64,000 nucleotides of DNA from Eledone cirrhosa. Taxonomy: Eukaryota. Below are positions 45,795-60,689 of this stretch, in pieces. The position numbers were made by a program, and so were the translations under genes. Every line of letters starts with the position of its first letter. Position 1 is the stretch's first letter. The stretch lies in the NCBI GenBank assembly GCA_964016885.1, contig OZ024741.1, positions 318,246,001 to 318,310,000 of the forward strand, given 5' to 3'. Under the pieces are notes generated by a model, which saw only the letters and a list, made by a program, of their open reading frames with translations, was not told the origin of the DNA and made no database searches.

Positions 45795-46185
45795 GACGTT
45801 GTGGAAGCTAATCCTTCATCGGAAGATAGAAAGCGGTTATTTAGAAGAAAAATAAAGACAGGTGAGAATAAACAAGAAAACAGGAAAAGGAGTAGACAAG
45901 AGAGAAAGTGTATGCTATATTTAGTCAACTATATATGTGTGTGTGTGTGTGTGTCCAAAAAGTAAACATAAATATCAAAGCAAACGACACAGTACAATGA
46001 AGAAATGTATTATTTTAACGCTGATATTGTAGGAAAAGAGTCTTAACGTTTCAGACACTAGTCCTTCATCAGAAGATAGAATCAGACATATAAAATATGA
46101 AATAGAAAGATAAAGAGAGAGAAGAGGAAAGAACGGTAAATTCATTTTTGAGAAAAAAACGTGTGTGTATTCAGTCAGCTATTTT
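45795..46185 (-). mobile_element. PLE pseudo-LTR fragment (family of 38255-38485)
   Basis: Reverse homologue of 38255-38480; ttCTGATGAaggactagtgtctGAAAcgTTAaga on minus strand at ~46041-46074. Confidence 0.65.
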
Positions 46186-46190
46186 AGAGA

Positions 46191-46289
<99 letters not shown>

Positions 46290-46729
46290 GAGGATGAAGC
46301 AATAGGAAGAAGAAACCTAAAAACATACCAAATACCGGATGTCATGGGGAAACGGTTGTAGCCCGTTATTGTACATCCACATTTCATCGATATCTGAAGA
46401 GCTGAGAGCCTGTGATGTCACCACAGATGAGACTATGAGCAGGCAAGCTTTAAAGCAACTCCCTTTGTAAACTACATCTAATACATATTTGTATTCCCCT
46501 TTGTCACCTTCACACTTCCAATCACTTCCCCCTCTATTCACACACACACACACGCACACACACACGCACACACGCACACACACACACACACACATATATA
46601 TATAAAGAGAGTGAAAGAGGGGAAGAGATAGAATGCATTTATGTACATATACATTTCTGCATACACACATATATATATATATACACCTAAAATGTCTATA
46701 TATATCAGACTCTACACATATACACACAC

Positions 46730-47229
<500 letters not shown>

Positions 47230-47263
47230 GTGTGTATGCGTAAAGTTTTATATATATAGATAT

Positions 47264-47323
<60 letters not shown>

Positions 47324-47829
47324 ATACAAACATGTGTGTGTGTGTGTGTAGAAACAGAGAATACATGAGTGTATATATATATACAATGCTGCAAACATAC
47401 ATGCTTATTCCACACCCACATATGTATACATTGATGATCTGGCAGCTAACCACCACCACCACCACCACCACCACCACCACCCGACGCTATTCTATCGATA
47501 CAGTGATACAGTTTCTCCTCATAAATACATTGTTTCATTATTTATGAACATCATGCTCTTTGCCATCCTCTTTGCCATGCTCTGTCTTCGTAGACAATAC
47601 TCCCTTTGTTGGCTTTGTTTTTATATCCTATTTTCATCAGCCCAACTCGTTTATTAATCATATATGTTCTATATCTTGTGTTACTGGACCTCCGTCGGTT
47701 CTCATGACGACTGTTCGATTTGTTTCCAACAATGGGACAGCCTGTTTGTTAAGTTAACGTGTAACTGGATGTATTTTCTACAGAGATATACATGGACAAT
47801 TACAACTACAATCTGTCTTTTATTGAATT

Positions 47830-48002
47830 GACAGTATCGGTAGAGAGTCGGACGCCATGCTTTGAAGTATAGGGTTACCTCCCTGTATGATCTGAGTTCA
47901 AATTTCGCCGAGGTTAACTTTGCCTTTCATCCTTACGGTGTCGATAAAGTACCAGTAATGCACTGGGTATTTGCTGGCCTTGTGCCAAAAGTAGAAACAA
48001 TT
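47830..48002 (+). mobile_element. SINE family C
   Basis: CTGAGTTCAAATTTCGCCGAGGTTAACTTTGCCTTTCATCC...GCTGGCCTTGTGCCAAAAGTAGAAAC. Confidence 0.8.
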
Positions 48003-48069
48003 ATGTTATATGAGGTTGAGTATTCGACAGGCATGCAGCTTCACTCCTAGACGGGACGCTAGTCCAGGC

Positions 48070-48240
48070 CGGTCAAATCCCCCACCTCCGATGGGTAGCT
48101 CTCCCACCCACTTCGGGGTTGGTGAGAGATCTCTTCTCTTATAAAAATGGGTATAGCATTCATTATGTAAAATCTCCCCATTTTGCCTCATTTCTCCTCG
48201 TTTTGGTGCACATTTTTTCGTTTGGGTTTTTAGACGTTGG
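48070..48240 (+). mobile_element. MITE, second copy of 58620-58816 family
   Basis: Shared TTCATTATGTAAAATCTCCCCATTTTGCCTCATTTCTCC. Confidence 0.7.
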
Positions 48241-48264
48241 ATATTATGTTATAAGAGGGTGAGT

Positions 48265-48445
48265 ATTCAACAGACATGGGTGCCCTTAATGTAGTTCTCA
48301 GAGAGATTTAACGTGACAACGAATTTCTTTCAGCCGAGTGGAATGTGGAACAACGTGCATAAGGACAAAACGCGTCACACGGTACGGGAATTGACATTGC
48401 AGCCTTACGATCATGAATTCAGTACCTTAACCTCTAAGCTATGCA
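48265..48445 (-). mobile_element. SINE family B fragment
   Basis: CCCTTAATGTAGTTCTCAGAGAGATT...CCTTACGATCATGA. Confidence 0.6.
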
Positions 48446-48716
48446 CCTTCTCATCATTGTTTATTAATCATAAATGTTCTAATTCAATTATTCAAACACA
48501 CTCAACAGATGTTTGCTCATCTTTTCAACTGCCCACTGTTAGCCTTTTATACCTCCTATTATCTCCCCTTGCCAATTGGACACTACATTGACTTCCTGAC
48601 CTCACCCCATTTTGAAGTAACATTCACTGTATCTGAGTATGTGTGTATAAATATAAGTATGCATAAGTGTATACATATATGTGTGTGTAAACGTGTATAT
48701 ATATATATATATATAT

Positions 48717-48773
<57 letters not shown>

Positions 48774-48816
48774 ACATTTGTGTTTATATATGTGTGTGTA
48801 TGGCTACATACATATT

Positions 48817-48862
<46 letters not shown>

Positions 48863-48964
48863 AATACATGCACGTATACATATGTTTGTACATATGTGTG
48901 TGTATACGTGTATATATATGTATATATTTGTGTTTATATATGTATGCCTACATACATATTTGTA

Positions 48965-49052
<88 letters not shown>

Positions 49053-50004
49053 CATGAACGTATACATATGTTTATACATATATGTATGTGTGTTTTCTTT
49101 ATGGCAAACTTGTAATATATGCCCATTTATAGTAGGGTTTTTTTTATTTATACATAATAAAATCTTGTTGGTTTCTCAGTATTACTAGACGCTAAGTATA
49201 GATCAATGTCGACCAGTTTGCCGAAATCAGTAAAAACATCGCCCATAGCAACGTCACTAAATATTAATGATTGTTTTAATGGCTTGTACTAAAAGATTAC
49301 ACGGAGTTGAAATGTAGGTGGTACTATAATGTATCTAAATAGTCCTTCGTGGCACTACTTACTCAGATGTTTATTCAGAGAATTACCCTGCTTTATAGCA
49401 GTACTGTTCTATAGTATAGTGTGCTGAATTGGCAGTTGTTAGAATGTCGGGTAGAATGCTTCGCAGTATTCGTCTCTGCACTTTCTGAGTTCAAACCCTG
49501 CATAGATCATCTTTGTCTTTCACCCTTCGAAGTCAATAAAAAAAGTAATAGTCTAGTACTGGGATCTATTTTTTCCTTTATCATCCCTTTCTCCTTTTCT
49601 GGAAGAAATTAGCTGTTTTCAGACCAGGAGGGGGAATGGGCTCCGACAGAATTAAAGTACCCTTAAGACTCCATCATGAGTTACAGGTCCATACAAACTC
49701 TGGTTGAACAATAATGTATCGAAATAGTCATTTGATGCACCACTTAACACAAATATATATTTAATGAAGTACCCTGCTTTATAGTATTTGTGTCCTCTAG
49801 CAGTAGTGTTTATAAATCCATTCTTAATCTTTAGAAGCTTCCAGTTCTGAATGTGCAGACCTGTGGTGAAAAGAGTGTCAGTTGTACCTGCCTTGTATTT
49901 TTATTTTATGTTATTTGTATATCAATCATTACACTCTCCGATGTATCCTTTCATTTGTAAGACGCTGGGTGCATTATTTTAATGTGTTTTGGTCGATATT
50001 GATT

Positions 50005-50212
50005 TTTATTTAGGCAAACGCCTGTATATTTGAGGGAAGGTCAAATTTGATTAAATCAACCCCAGTATTTGATTGGTACTAAACTTTATTGACGCTGGAA
50101 GGATGAAAGGCAAAGTTGACCACGGCGGGATTTGAACTATGAATGTAAAGAGCCATAACAAATATCACAATGATATTTTATCGGATGCTCCACCAATTAT
50201 GTCAATCCACTA
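50005..50212 (-). mobile_element. SINE family C
   Basis: GGATGAAAGGCAAAGTTGACCACGGCGGGATTTGAACT. Confidence 0.75.
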
Positions 50213-50789
50213 CTCTTGCTTTGGTTGATAGTGTTTGCAGTTCACTGTAAATAGGCCGCTTTCCAAATGTAGACAGCAGCTTCATTTAATCCGACCCAAA
50301 GATCTTATTGAATACGTGAAATTGCATAAAATAAATTTTGTTTTCTTGACTAATCTTTCATTAGTGAACAATATATGTCAGTGTAAAAAAAGTCTCAGTG
50401 ACAGAATGTGATGTAGCAATACTTATATTGTCTCAAAATATCCTTCATCAACAGGTAGTGTAATGGAAATATTTAGATCTGTAAATGTGTGAGAGAACCA
50501 GTTATATCAATAGTAAATTGCATTCAGTCTCATGTACTGAATCGTTTATAGTTTCAAACAAATGAAGATGGAAAAGAAGCTGAATCGAGTGATTTGCCGT
50601 ACCACACTGTATTAAGATGGCTTAGTGGTGGTAAAATCATCTCACAACATTTTCAATGAGAAAAATCTTGCAGTGGGTTTGAATTTGGAACCATGTGGTG
50701 GGGCAGCGAAATTCTTAACCACAAGAAGTTATATCCCTCCCTTCCTCTCTCTCCCTCTTTCTTTCTCTATGTGTGTGGGTGTAAAATAA

Positions 50790-51005
50790 AGATTTCTAAT
50801 TTAGGGAGAAGGCCAGCAAATTTGGGGGAAGGGCAAAGTTGATTAAACCAACCTCAGTATTTGAGTGATACTTTATTTTATTGACACCGGGAAGATGAAA
50901 AGCAAAGTTGACTTAGGTGGGATTTGAACTCAGAATTAAAGAGCCGGAATAAATACTGCAATGAATTTTATCCGGCGCTCTACCCATTCGGCCAATCCAC
51001 CAACC
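50790..51005 (-). mobile_element. SINE family C
   Basis: AAGGCCAGCAAATTTGGGG...GATTTGAACTCAGAA...GCCAATCCACCA. Confidence 0.75.
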
Positions 51006-52091
51006 TTGTGTGTGCGTGTAATTAAAATATCTGTAATTTTGCATAGACGCTATTTGCTTCTCCTTTGCTATCAATGTATGTTAGTTTTGTTATATATCCC
51101 TAAATAACAATAAGGAACCTGTTACGCTTGTTTTACCAATATTTTTCCTAATTTCGAAGCAGCAGTGTAGTTACATGTAGCTTTTAGTTGCATTCTTTTT
51201 TTTTTTTTTTGGCATTCTTTCAACAGAGTTAACTCTTCCTATGAAGACATTTGTCTACTCTGTTCTTGATACAATGTTATGCCTCATAGGACCTATTGGA
51301 TGGCAGCTGATATGATGCATCAGAATTCCTGAGCAACTGGTTTGTAATGGCGTTAGCTTAGTTATTCTGAGAGGGAAGCTATTCAATGTACATTAAACAA
51401 TATAGAAGGGCCTCCGTTTCGTTCACTGTACATTATTAAGGAACCATCTAGTTTTACTGTTATTGTTATTGGTTAAGTCAGCCTTGACCAAGCAGAATAC
51501 AGCAGAATAGAGCTACAGCCAAAAGCCCTCTATCCGTGACTATCCAGCCCTTTTGTTTTAGACATTGTATTAACCCTTACATTGTGTTCTCCATTTGGCT
51601 TTAAAGACCGGATCCACTTTCGAATTGTATTGTTTATATCTTAGTGGAGCTATCTTTCTTGTGTGTTGTCGTTTTTTTAAATATCAAGCACCATACAGAG
51701 AGTTTTGTCTATGAATTAAGAGGATAATTTTAAATGATTGAACATGTCCATCTCGCTATATTACACGTGTAAGAATACTATGAGTTAGAGGTATTATACA
51801 TCCATTATTCCATGATTTGTACGGTTTTGACGAAGTCCGGAGCTTATCCCAGATTCATGGGCGTTGATTGAGAATACATGACACCAGCTTGACCCCTACA
51901 CGGTACGCTAGTCTGTCTTAAGCATGTATGTGAGTATTTATGTATTTATGTATGTATATAAGTCTGTGTGTATAAATGTATAAATGTACGTATGTATATA
52001 AGTTTGTGAGTATGTGTGTATGTGTGTGTATATGTATGTATATATATATATATGTGTATGTGTGTATGTATATATGTATATGAATGTGAAT

Positions 52092-52139
<48 letters not shown>

Positions 52140-52799
52140 ACATACACATATATATACATCCATTATTCCATTATTCCATTATATATATGTGTGTGTGTGT
52201 GTTTCTGTCTGTGTCCTCTAGAAAGCAAGTGAAAGGAGTCGGGTAGTAGAGAGGCTGGAGTAATTTAGTAGCATGGGAGTTTTTATTGATGACTGATTTA
52301 CAAATTCAATCGTAAGTTGTTAAAAATCACCGAAAACTCGCCCCTTATTATTTACAGTTTGTAGATCAATTTTGAAAACTAATCTAAACCTTTATTTGGC
52401 TCAACACACACCTCTAAACCTTTATCATTTAATAGCTTATCTAGGGAATTACATCAATCTATTGCAAAGCAATAATTCAATTCCACTCTATATCCAATCA
52501 ATCTAAAATATTAACTCATTGTTCTCAAAAATAATTTCATACTTCACCAGTTTACAATAATAACATCATTTGATCCTTTTCTCTTCATTAGTTGCCATAA
52601 TAGAACTTCAACTCGACCATCCTTATTCATCTCGAGGCTGTTTTGTCATAATTTAGCGCTCTTTAACAAATTTACTTAACCAACCGTATTTTCAATCTAA
52701 GATGAACAATTGGCAGAATTGTTGAAACGTCTCGCACACACACATATATATATCCCTCTCTCTCTCTCCCACACCTTCTCACCCACACATGCATATATG

Positions 52800-53494
52800 C
52801 AGGGTGACCCCGCGCACGTTTTGTGTCACTGTTTATTCATTTTCTAACTGATCGACATGGCAAATACAACATCTGAGGATAGAGCAAGACCCCAACGAGA
52901 GCTCCACCACCGGATTTTCTGTGTGAAATTTTCTGTTATAACTGTGACTCGTACTAGAAGGTCCTGAAGCAATTTCATGCATTTTTGGGAACGGATAAAT
53001 CTCCCTTTAAAACCAATATACAAAACTGGGTGAAGATGTTTGAGACCTATGGGACAGTGGAGAACCTCAATACAATGTCTGAGGAACGTCCGGCGCACTC
53101 AGAGTGGCCGAGGAAGCGTACTACACAGGAGGTCATTCAAAAGGTCTGAGAGTCTGTTGAACAGAGCTCAAAACGAACGCTGGGCAAGAGAAGCCAATCC
53201 TTGGGTCTCTCCACAGAAACCCGAATAAACGAAAACATACTGTAACTGATAATACCAAGAGAAAGGCTATGATTGAGAAAATGCTGGAGAAGATGGAGTA
53301 AACCTGAATTTTCTGAATCTGCTGTGGACCTCTGACGAAATTCACCTTCACAAAGAGGGAAAGATTAACTCTAAGAACTGTGTTCTGGGAGTCAGAGAAA
53401 CCCACGGAAATGGCTGTAAAACCTCTCCACTCGGCTAAATGTACCGTATGGGCTGCCATTTCTGATGAAGTTTGATTGGCCTATTCTTCTTCGA
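52800..53494 (+). pseudogene. Decayed Tc1/mariner-superfamily transposase with left TIR
   Basis: CAGGGTG terminus; IQNWVKMFETYGTV HTH region; WTSDEIHLHKEGKINSKNC...KPLHSAKCTVWAAIS...IGLFFFE with frameshifts and deletions. Confidence 0.8.
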
Positions 53495-53614
53495 AAAAAA
53501 ATTTTTTTTTCAGATCAGGTACTTATTTTACCGATCACTTTTTGTAAATGGCTAGATAACAGGATATAAAAACAGACATAAACGTAAACATGGACACATA
53601 CATACACAAATCTT

Positions 53615-53750
53615 CCGTCGACTAAATTCCACTCACAGAGTATTGGTCAAACCACGGCTATAGTAAACGACACTGTGCAAGGTGCAACGCAGCGGGACTG
53701 AACTCAGAAACACGTGGTTGTGAAGCAAGCTCCATACATGTCTGCGACTA
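53615..53750 (-). mobile_element. SINE family A
   Basis: CCACTCACAGAG...GGCTATAGTA...CAAGGTGCAACGCAGCGGGACTGAACTCAGAAACACGTGGTTG. Confidence 0.75.
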
Positions 53751-53851
53751 TGGTAATATATTTAGGTCATTATTTGACGAAGATAATGATATTTCTGAAA
53801 GTACATGGTGTGTTTGTGATTGACACACACACACACACACACACAATACGA

Positions 53852-54055
53852 TTTTATTTTGGCACAAGGCCAGCAATTTGAAGGGAAGGGAAATTTGATT
53901 AAATCGACCCAATGCTTGACTGGTACTTTATTTTATCGACTCCGTAAGGATGAAAGGCAAAGCTAACTTCGGTTCGATTTGAACTCAGAACGTAAAGAAC
54001 ATCAAACATACCACAATGTATTTTACCTAACGCTCTAACGATTCTGCCAACCCAC
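53852..54055 (-). mobile_element. SINE family C, near full length
   Basis: GGCACAAGGCCAGCAATTTG...AAGGATGAAAGGCAAAG...CTAACGATTCTGCCAA. Confidence 0.85.
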
Positions 54056-54909
54056 TACTCTTTATAATAACGACAACAATAATGAGAATAAGTAACAACA
54101 ATAACAGCACTGTATCTAGATATGGGGAAATCGTTCACGTGGGTATATGTGTGATGCAAAAAATAGAGTAAAAATCTTCGGAAACTATTACTATATAAGC
54201 AAGTAGATGGATTTGAAATACTTAGCAGCAGTTGGTATGATACTGATAACGCGAGTGAGATGATAGCTATCAACAATGGTGTTTATAGCTATAGTACTAG
54301 AACATACCCTATCTATAATTCTGATTAAAGGTGTCACTCCATACATTTAACATTATCAGATTCTTCTCCTTCTTGATGTTTAAAGAAGAAATTTGGAATT
54401 TCTTATTGCCGAACTAAATACATAATTGGTTGTCAAAACCGTCTGTCAGACAACGTCAATGTACTGGTAGTGTGTAGATTGTTCGCTTCACAATCGCAAG
54501 TGTCTGAGTTCGATTACCAGTGACGTGTTGTGTCCTTGAGCAAGACATTATATTTCACGTTGATCCAGTTTACTCAACTGAGAAAATAAGTGAAAAAACA
54601 AAAAAAATTATATAAAGGTAAAGAACGAAAGAAATTAAAAAAAAGGGGATAGAAATTGGGGCTGAGCAAGCATACTCTTAGCTGAACGATATATCTCAAC
54701 TGGACCCCCACGAAAAGATGCTGAAAACATTGCTCGAAGAACAGCCAGCGTTACTCGCTGCACCAGCCATTCCACCTCATACGGCTTCGTAATTTAAAGG
54801 ATAAATCTTGTTAGACTTCATGGCACGTTGAATTTCACGCGCACATACTTTGAAACATTCCAAGCCTTTTTGTAATTGTATCATTGTGTTTGTCTGTTTT
54901 TGATCTTGA

Positions 54910-55055
<146 letters not shown>

Positions 55056-55067
55056 AGGAAGAAAGAT

Positions 55068-55147
55068 ATTAAACTTGATCTTTATACTTGGCTAATGTAT
55101 TGCGTACTTTACTTACTGTGGTACCCCCGATTCACCACCCCCAACAC

Positions 55148-55148
<1 letters not shown>
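55068..55148 (+). mobile_element. PLE terminal tail fragment
   Basis: AATGTATTG-GTAC-TTACTTACTGTGG...CCGATTCA...ACG followed by (TA)n, as at 41410-41470. Confidence 0.6.
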
Positions 55149-55227
<79 letters not shown>

Positions 55228-55894
55228 GTTGTATTCGCAGGATGGCAACACGAATTGATTATTCTGGAATAGCTCGGTCAACATTTGATAATACATTAAA
55301 TTAATTCATAGTCTGAGTGGCAATCAATTGTTTATTCAATTTTGAAGGGGCTGTAAACAAAGGGCAAAGACAGCGTGCGAACCTCATACAAAAGACAACA
55401 CATACTTAGGAATAAACATGAGGCAGATAGAGAGAGGGGTGAAGAAGAGAGAAGGGGTGAGAAAGACTGAGAGAGAGAGAAAGAGATAGTCAACTTAAAA
55501 TATATTTTTCTTTCAGACAGAGTGTCTGTCACGAAACGTGAAATTCCTCATCTTCCCTTCCCCGCGGGAGTCAAACTTATCCTAACAAGCCAACCACAAG
55601 CTTTTCTGTATAAATTTTGCCGAAGCAGACATCCTCCATTTTTTCCGCACTCTGATAATTTACGTGCTAGAACACATCATTGACAATATGGCTGAGAAAC
55701 AAAACCTCAGAGGAACGTTCTGCATTATCAATAAACATACGGTAGGGTTTCATACATGTATTATAATTGTGAGGCTGAAAAAAAAATTCGTTTAACTGAT
55801 ATTCATGAAGTAACTCATCTCTAGGGGTGTTTGAAATATAAAAAAAGAAAAGAAAAGGAAGGAAGCAAGCTATAGATGATGGAAATTGGTGTGG

Positions 55895-55951
<57 letters not shown>

Positions 55952-55954
<3 letters not shown>

Positions 55955-56644
55955 ATAATAAACACAGTAAATCGTGTGTCTAAAATTACGAGAGATGATA
56001 TACCACGTTGGTTAGACACATTTAACCTGAAGCAAACGGAAATACAGAAAATATACTGACCGTCTCAATAACTATTACATCTCGTAATTTTAGACACACA
56101 ATTTACTGTGTTTATTACTACATATATTATTATATAATGCTCAGTATTTATACTTTGAGCTTGTTAATTATTTGTATTTCGGCTCCCTAACTAGGTGAGC
56201 TTATAAGTTGGGTGTATTAAGGCCTATCCACTCACACCACTAGCCTATCCACTCACATCACTTTTGACTTCTAGCGCACGAGGTGAAATGTTCATTCGTG
56301 TGGGTTTTAGCTTTAGGTGTTTGTCACATTTAATCTAATTCTCTCGCTGATGATGCCCACGGATTATCTGTTACAAACACAATTCTCAGGGCGAAACAGA
56401 TTAAATCTCTAATCTGTCCGAGAGATGTGATAGTTATTGAGACGGTCAGTATATTTTCTGTATTTCCGTTTGCTTCAGGTTAAATTTGTCTAACCAAGGT
56501 GGTATTTCAACCCTCGTAATTTTAGACACACGATTTACTGTGTTTATAACTACATATATTATTATATAATGCTCAGTATTTATACTTTGAGCTTGTTAAT
56601 TACAGGGTATCAATAGGAGTTATTAACTCTGCCTTTTATTTGTG
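55952..56644 (+). mobile_element. PLE pseudo-LTR complex (inverted plus partial tandem)
   Basis: 55952-56082 is inverted at 56421-56550; 56081-56170 is directly repeated at 56513-56601. Confidence 0.8.
56340..56425 (+). ncRNA. Type I hammerhead ribozyme with complete stem III
   Basis: tctctcg-CTGATGA-t-gccc-(30 nt)-gggc-GAAA-cagatta-aatctc-taatctg-TC-cgagaga; predicted cleavage after 56418. Confidence 0.85.
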
Positions 56645-56719
56645 TATATATATATATACAAAGTCTACTGGTGAAAACAACGGACATTTATTTGTTTTAT
56701 TTGACCTCCTCTCTCTGAA

Positions 56720-56880
56720 ATTTGCTCTTTCCTGATGAAGGACTAATGGTCGATACGTTGAAAAATTTCGTTTTTTCTTTATTTCTTTATCTTCATTCCC
56801 AAGCGTGAAACTGAGAAGACTTTGTGTTATTGTAACTCTGTGTTTGTGTTGTTTATTCTTGTTTGTATTTGTCTTGTTTT
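56720..56880 (+). mobile_element. Decayed PLE pseudo-LTR with degenerate minimal hammerhead
   Basis: ttcCTGATGAaggactaatggtcGATAcgTTgaa; related relic at ~55500-55600. Confidence 0.4.
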
Positions 56881-57204
56881 AACTGCTGAATTGGTACTTT
56901 ATTTACCGAACCTGAACGGACGAAAGGCGAAGATTACTTTAGCAGGATGTGAACTGAAAGCGCAGAGAGCCGAGACCAACACTGAGGTATTTATTCGGAC
57001 ACTCTAACGCCTACATTTAGTAAGAATGATACTCTTAAATAAGAGCTTGTGGTTTTTAAAATGTAACAAGGAAATCTCAATAAAATATGGTTGAGAAAGC
57101 TAAGAACATGATTTATCTTTAAAAGGTTAATCATAACTTGTCATCGTAATTTGAGGATTATTGAATTAGCTGTAATATTAGAAGCATTAGATTGAGATTG
57201 TGAT

Positions 57205-57525
57205 GGTGCCTGGCTTACTGGCTAAGGTGTTTGGCACATGATCGTAAGGCTGTGAGTTCGATTCCAAGCAATACGTTGTGTCCTTGAGCAAGATACTTTA
57301 TTTCACGTTTTTCTAGTTCACTCAGCTGACAAAATCGAATTGTACCTGTAACTAAAAGGGCCAGCCTTGTCACAAAATGTGTCACGCTGAATTTCCTTCA
57401 GAACTCCGTTAAAAGTACATGTGTTTGCTGTTTGTGGAATGTTCAACCACGTGTGCGTTAATTTCACAAACCGACTGTTAAGTTGTTTGAACAACTAGAA
57501 CACTCATCGTCGGAACTGACGGAAG
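57205..57525 (+). mobile_element. SINE family B, near full length
   Basis: TGGC...GTGAGTTCGATTCC (B box)...TGTGTCCTTGAGCAAGATACTTTATTTCACG...GTCACGCTGAAT...ACTGACGGAAG. Confidence 0.85.
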
Positions 57526-58619
57526 TTCATCCTATTTGGTTATCTTTTCTTGATATCCTATCGTGTACTCCAATTTCCGTCGTTCCTTGCAAGAACACAA
57601 CAGTACAACAGATCGGTAAGTTAATTGTTCAAGTCTCTGGGGTGGGGAGGGGGTGATTGATTTTTTTTAATGTTGATATTTTACAATGGAACATTTTGAA
57701 TAATTTCCATGACCACCATACTTCTTGCTTTTGCTGTTGTTGTCTTTTTTTCTATAGCAATCACGAAAGATGTGCATGAATTCATCGATCGATCGATATT
57801 ATACGAGAACAGCGGGGGATTTTGACTGTCATAGCTGGTGTTGACGAAAATGAGAATGTTAACAATAGAAGTTTAACGTATGTGACTGGAAGGGAAAATA
57901 TTTTCAACTGAATAGAATGTCAGACAATGAAGGACAAAAGGGTTGACTCAGAAAATTTACTGTAATATAACTTTTATAAAAATATCCAACGTTTCAGACA
58001 CACAGAGAACAGAAGCGAAAATGCCACCGAGAGAGAAAATTATTGAGAAAATCTTTTGCTTTCAGTCATAAAATTAGAAGAAATGCTCTCTTCCATCTTT
58101 TACTTAGATCTATGTTTCTCTTTTCCGTGTATGTCAGAATATGTTGTCATCGTTGGTGTATACTTACGTTTATATACTATTATGTAGCACTAAGGTAGTG
58201 TTGTGCATAATAGGGGTGTATATATAGAAACGCATCCGATATATTCATATATAATGGCGTTCTTAGCGGTCACGAAGATATCTTCGCGGTCACGAAGATA
58301 TTTTTATCCGGTTGAGTGGTGAGAGATTAACAAATCTTGAAACAGCTGTCTGGCATTTTCAACGCTACTGGGATATCTGTTACATGTTCTCAGAACAAAG
58401 ATGGAAAAAAAATTTCTTAGCGTAAAAACATTGTTTCTTTCACAGCGCGGCTCCCAAGTGTTTATTGAATATAAATATATAGCATATGTTTTCATATACA
58501 CCCATATCGTGCTGAACGCTATCTTAGTGCTATTGCCAATATATATTTATATAAATTAATAAGGTGTAGTAGTTTACTGGAAGCATTGTAGGATGTGAAA
58601 GCGAAAGGTGGATATGTTG

Positions 58620-58816
58620 CAGACCTGTCAACTCTCCCAGTCCGACGGGGGAGATATCCAACCCACTTTGGGGTGGGTGAGAGATGTCTTCTCTTGTGAA
58701 AATCGGTATAGCTTTCATTATGTAAAATCTCCCCATTTTGCCTCATTTCTCCCCGCTTTGGGGCACTTTTTTTTCATGGTACTTCCCGTTTGGGCTTTTA
58801 GAGGTTGGCAGGTGTA
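58620..58816. mobile_element. hAT-like MITE (~195 bp)
   Basis: Terminal inverted repeats CAGACCTGTCAAC / GTTGGCAGGTGT; TSD not evident. Confidence 0.6.
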
Positions 58817-58855
58817 ATGCTTAGGAAGTCGTACGGCTTCCTAAACACACTTACT

Positions 58856-58910
<55 letters not shown>

Positions 58911-59454
58911 CGCAGATTTGCTCTCACGTGCACATACAATGTCGCTGGATCCTACTGAGATAAATGACGTCACCGGGACGCAAACTTCCTAGTGCTGTCG
59001 CTGACTTTTCAACATCACCACGTGACCAGAACCAACCAATGAAAGTCTTTGGCAGCATATCACCCCCCCCCCCTCCTCCCTGACCGAAATCAGTTATCCA
59101 TGTTGTTCTACTTTTCTCAATTGCAACTGATGATTCAGACAGATTTTCGTCTTGAAACCGCAAGTAGTGTAGTGCTAAATGAAAATGTTAATATTAGTAT
59201 AATCAGTTAATGTTCTATATATTTCGGGGAATATAATGAGAAGGAATTTTCCAGTGTTACGTTCTTATTGCGAATACCAATCATTAAATTATATGAAAAG
59301 TTAGAAACCGAAGCAGTTATGTGGTTCGGTAGTCCCTCTGGTGAGACAGAAAGCAAGGTGAAGGTTATGAAGACTGACTTCTGACTTCCTGCAATGCTCA
59401 AACATATTGATATATTGCACGGTGCTGGTCAGGCTATTCTTTATTGCTCTAACG

Positions 59455-59880
59455 TGACCGTGGCCTAGTGGTTAGGATGATGGATTCGCAATCATAAGGC
59501 CGTGGGTTAAATTCCTGGACTGGTCGGTGCTTTGTGTTCTTGAGCAAGACGCATCATGTCATAATGATTTTCATGATAGGACTTTGGTCTCTATCATCAA
59601 AGCATCCAAGAAACTTCGTATGAGAACAACCTTGTAGGAAATCAGCTAAACTTGCATAGGTGTGAGCTGTAACAATAATGTACGTATGTGTGTGTGATTG
59701 GACTATCATCAACACACCCAAGAAATCTATGAGTTATAACCTTGTAAAAGGTCAGCTAAACCTGCGTAGTTAGGAGTTGTAACAACATGGTATTACTGGA
59801 TCCCCCATCATTAAAACACACTAGAAACCTCATATGGGATGCAACCTAGTAAGAAACCAGCTAAAGTCTCCACAGTCAAC
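59455..59880 (+). mobile_element. SINE-B head followed by three diverged ~105-bp repeats
   Basis: GTGGCCTAGTGGTTAGG head; CTATCATCAA...CCAAGAAA...AACCTTGTA...CAGCTAAA at ~59591, 59703 and 59805. Confidence 0.6.
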
Positions 59881-60689
59881 CCTTGTTCGAATCTTATCAC
59901 ATTAAGAGGAGTTTTATAACATCATGATCAACAATCAAGATTTCTATTTGGAAATTTAAAAAATTGATCTGGGTAGAGAGAAACGAATGAGATAGAAAGA
60001 TGGCGCGTTAGAGAGTAAGAGAGAGAGGGGGGGGGGTAGTTGTGATTGTGATGGTAGTGTTGTGGTTGTGGTGGTCATGGTGGTGGTAGTTGTGGTTGTA
60101 GAGGTTGCGGTAGCGGCACTGGTCGTTGTGGTAACATTTGTTAATGTAGTGATGGTGATGTTGTCGCAGTGGTTGTATATTTGTTGTTAGCAGTGGTGAT
60201 GTTGGCGATGGTGGTAATACAGAAGGTGGTAGGGCTGGTGATGGTGATGGTAATAGCGGCGGGAACATCGTGTGATTACATAATTATTTATTGTAGTTAT
60301 TCTATTTGTGAAAATGAAGAAGTCATGTTCCACCTGGAATCTCCAGCTCTTAAGTCAAAGTTCAGGAAGTAATTACTCTCACAAAGTTTAATTACCTTAA
60401 TTAAATTGAATCATTTTTATTTTCGAATATTTCTCCGCCATCCCCACAAAAAGAAATCCCAGCTTAATTACGATCGAATATACATTATGATATTGGTTTC
60501 TAATTTAGGCACAAGGCCAACAATTTGAGGAGAAGAAACAAGCCTAATGCTTGATTGGTATTTCATTTTATCGATCCCGGAAGGGTGAGATTTGAACTAA
60601 GAATGCAAAGAGCCGTAACTAAATTCCGCGAAGCCTTTTCCTCCATGCTCTACTGCTTCTGCCAAATCACCACCCTTAGTAAACATCTA

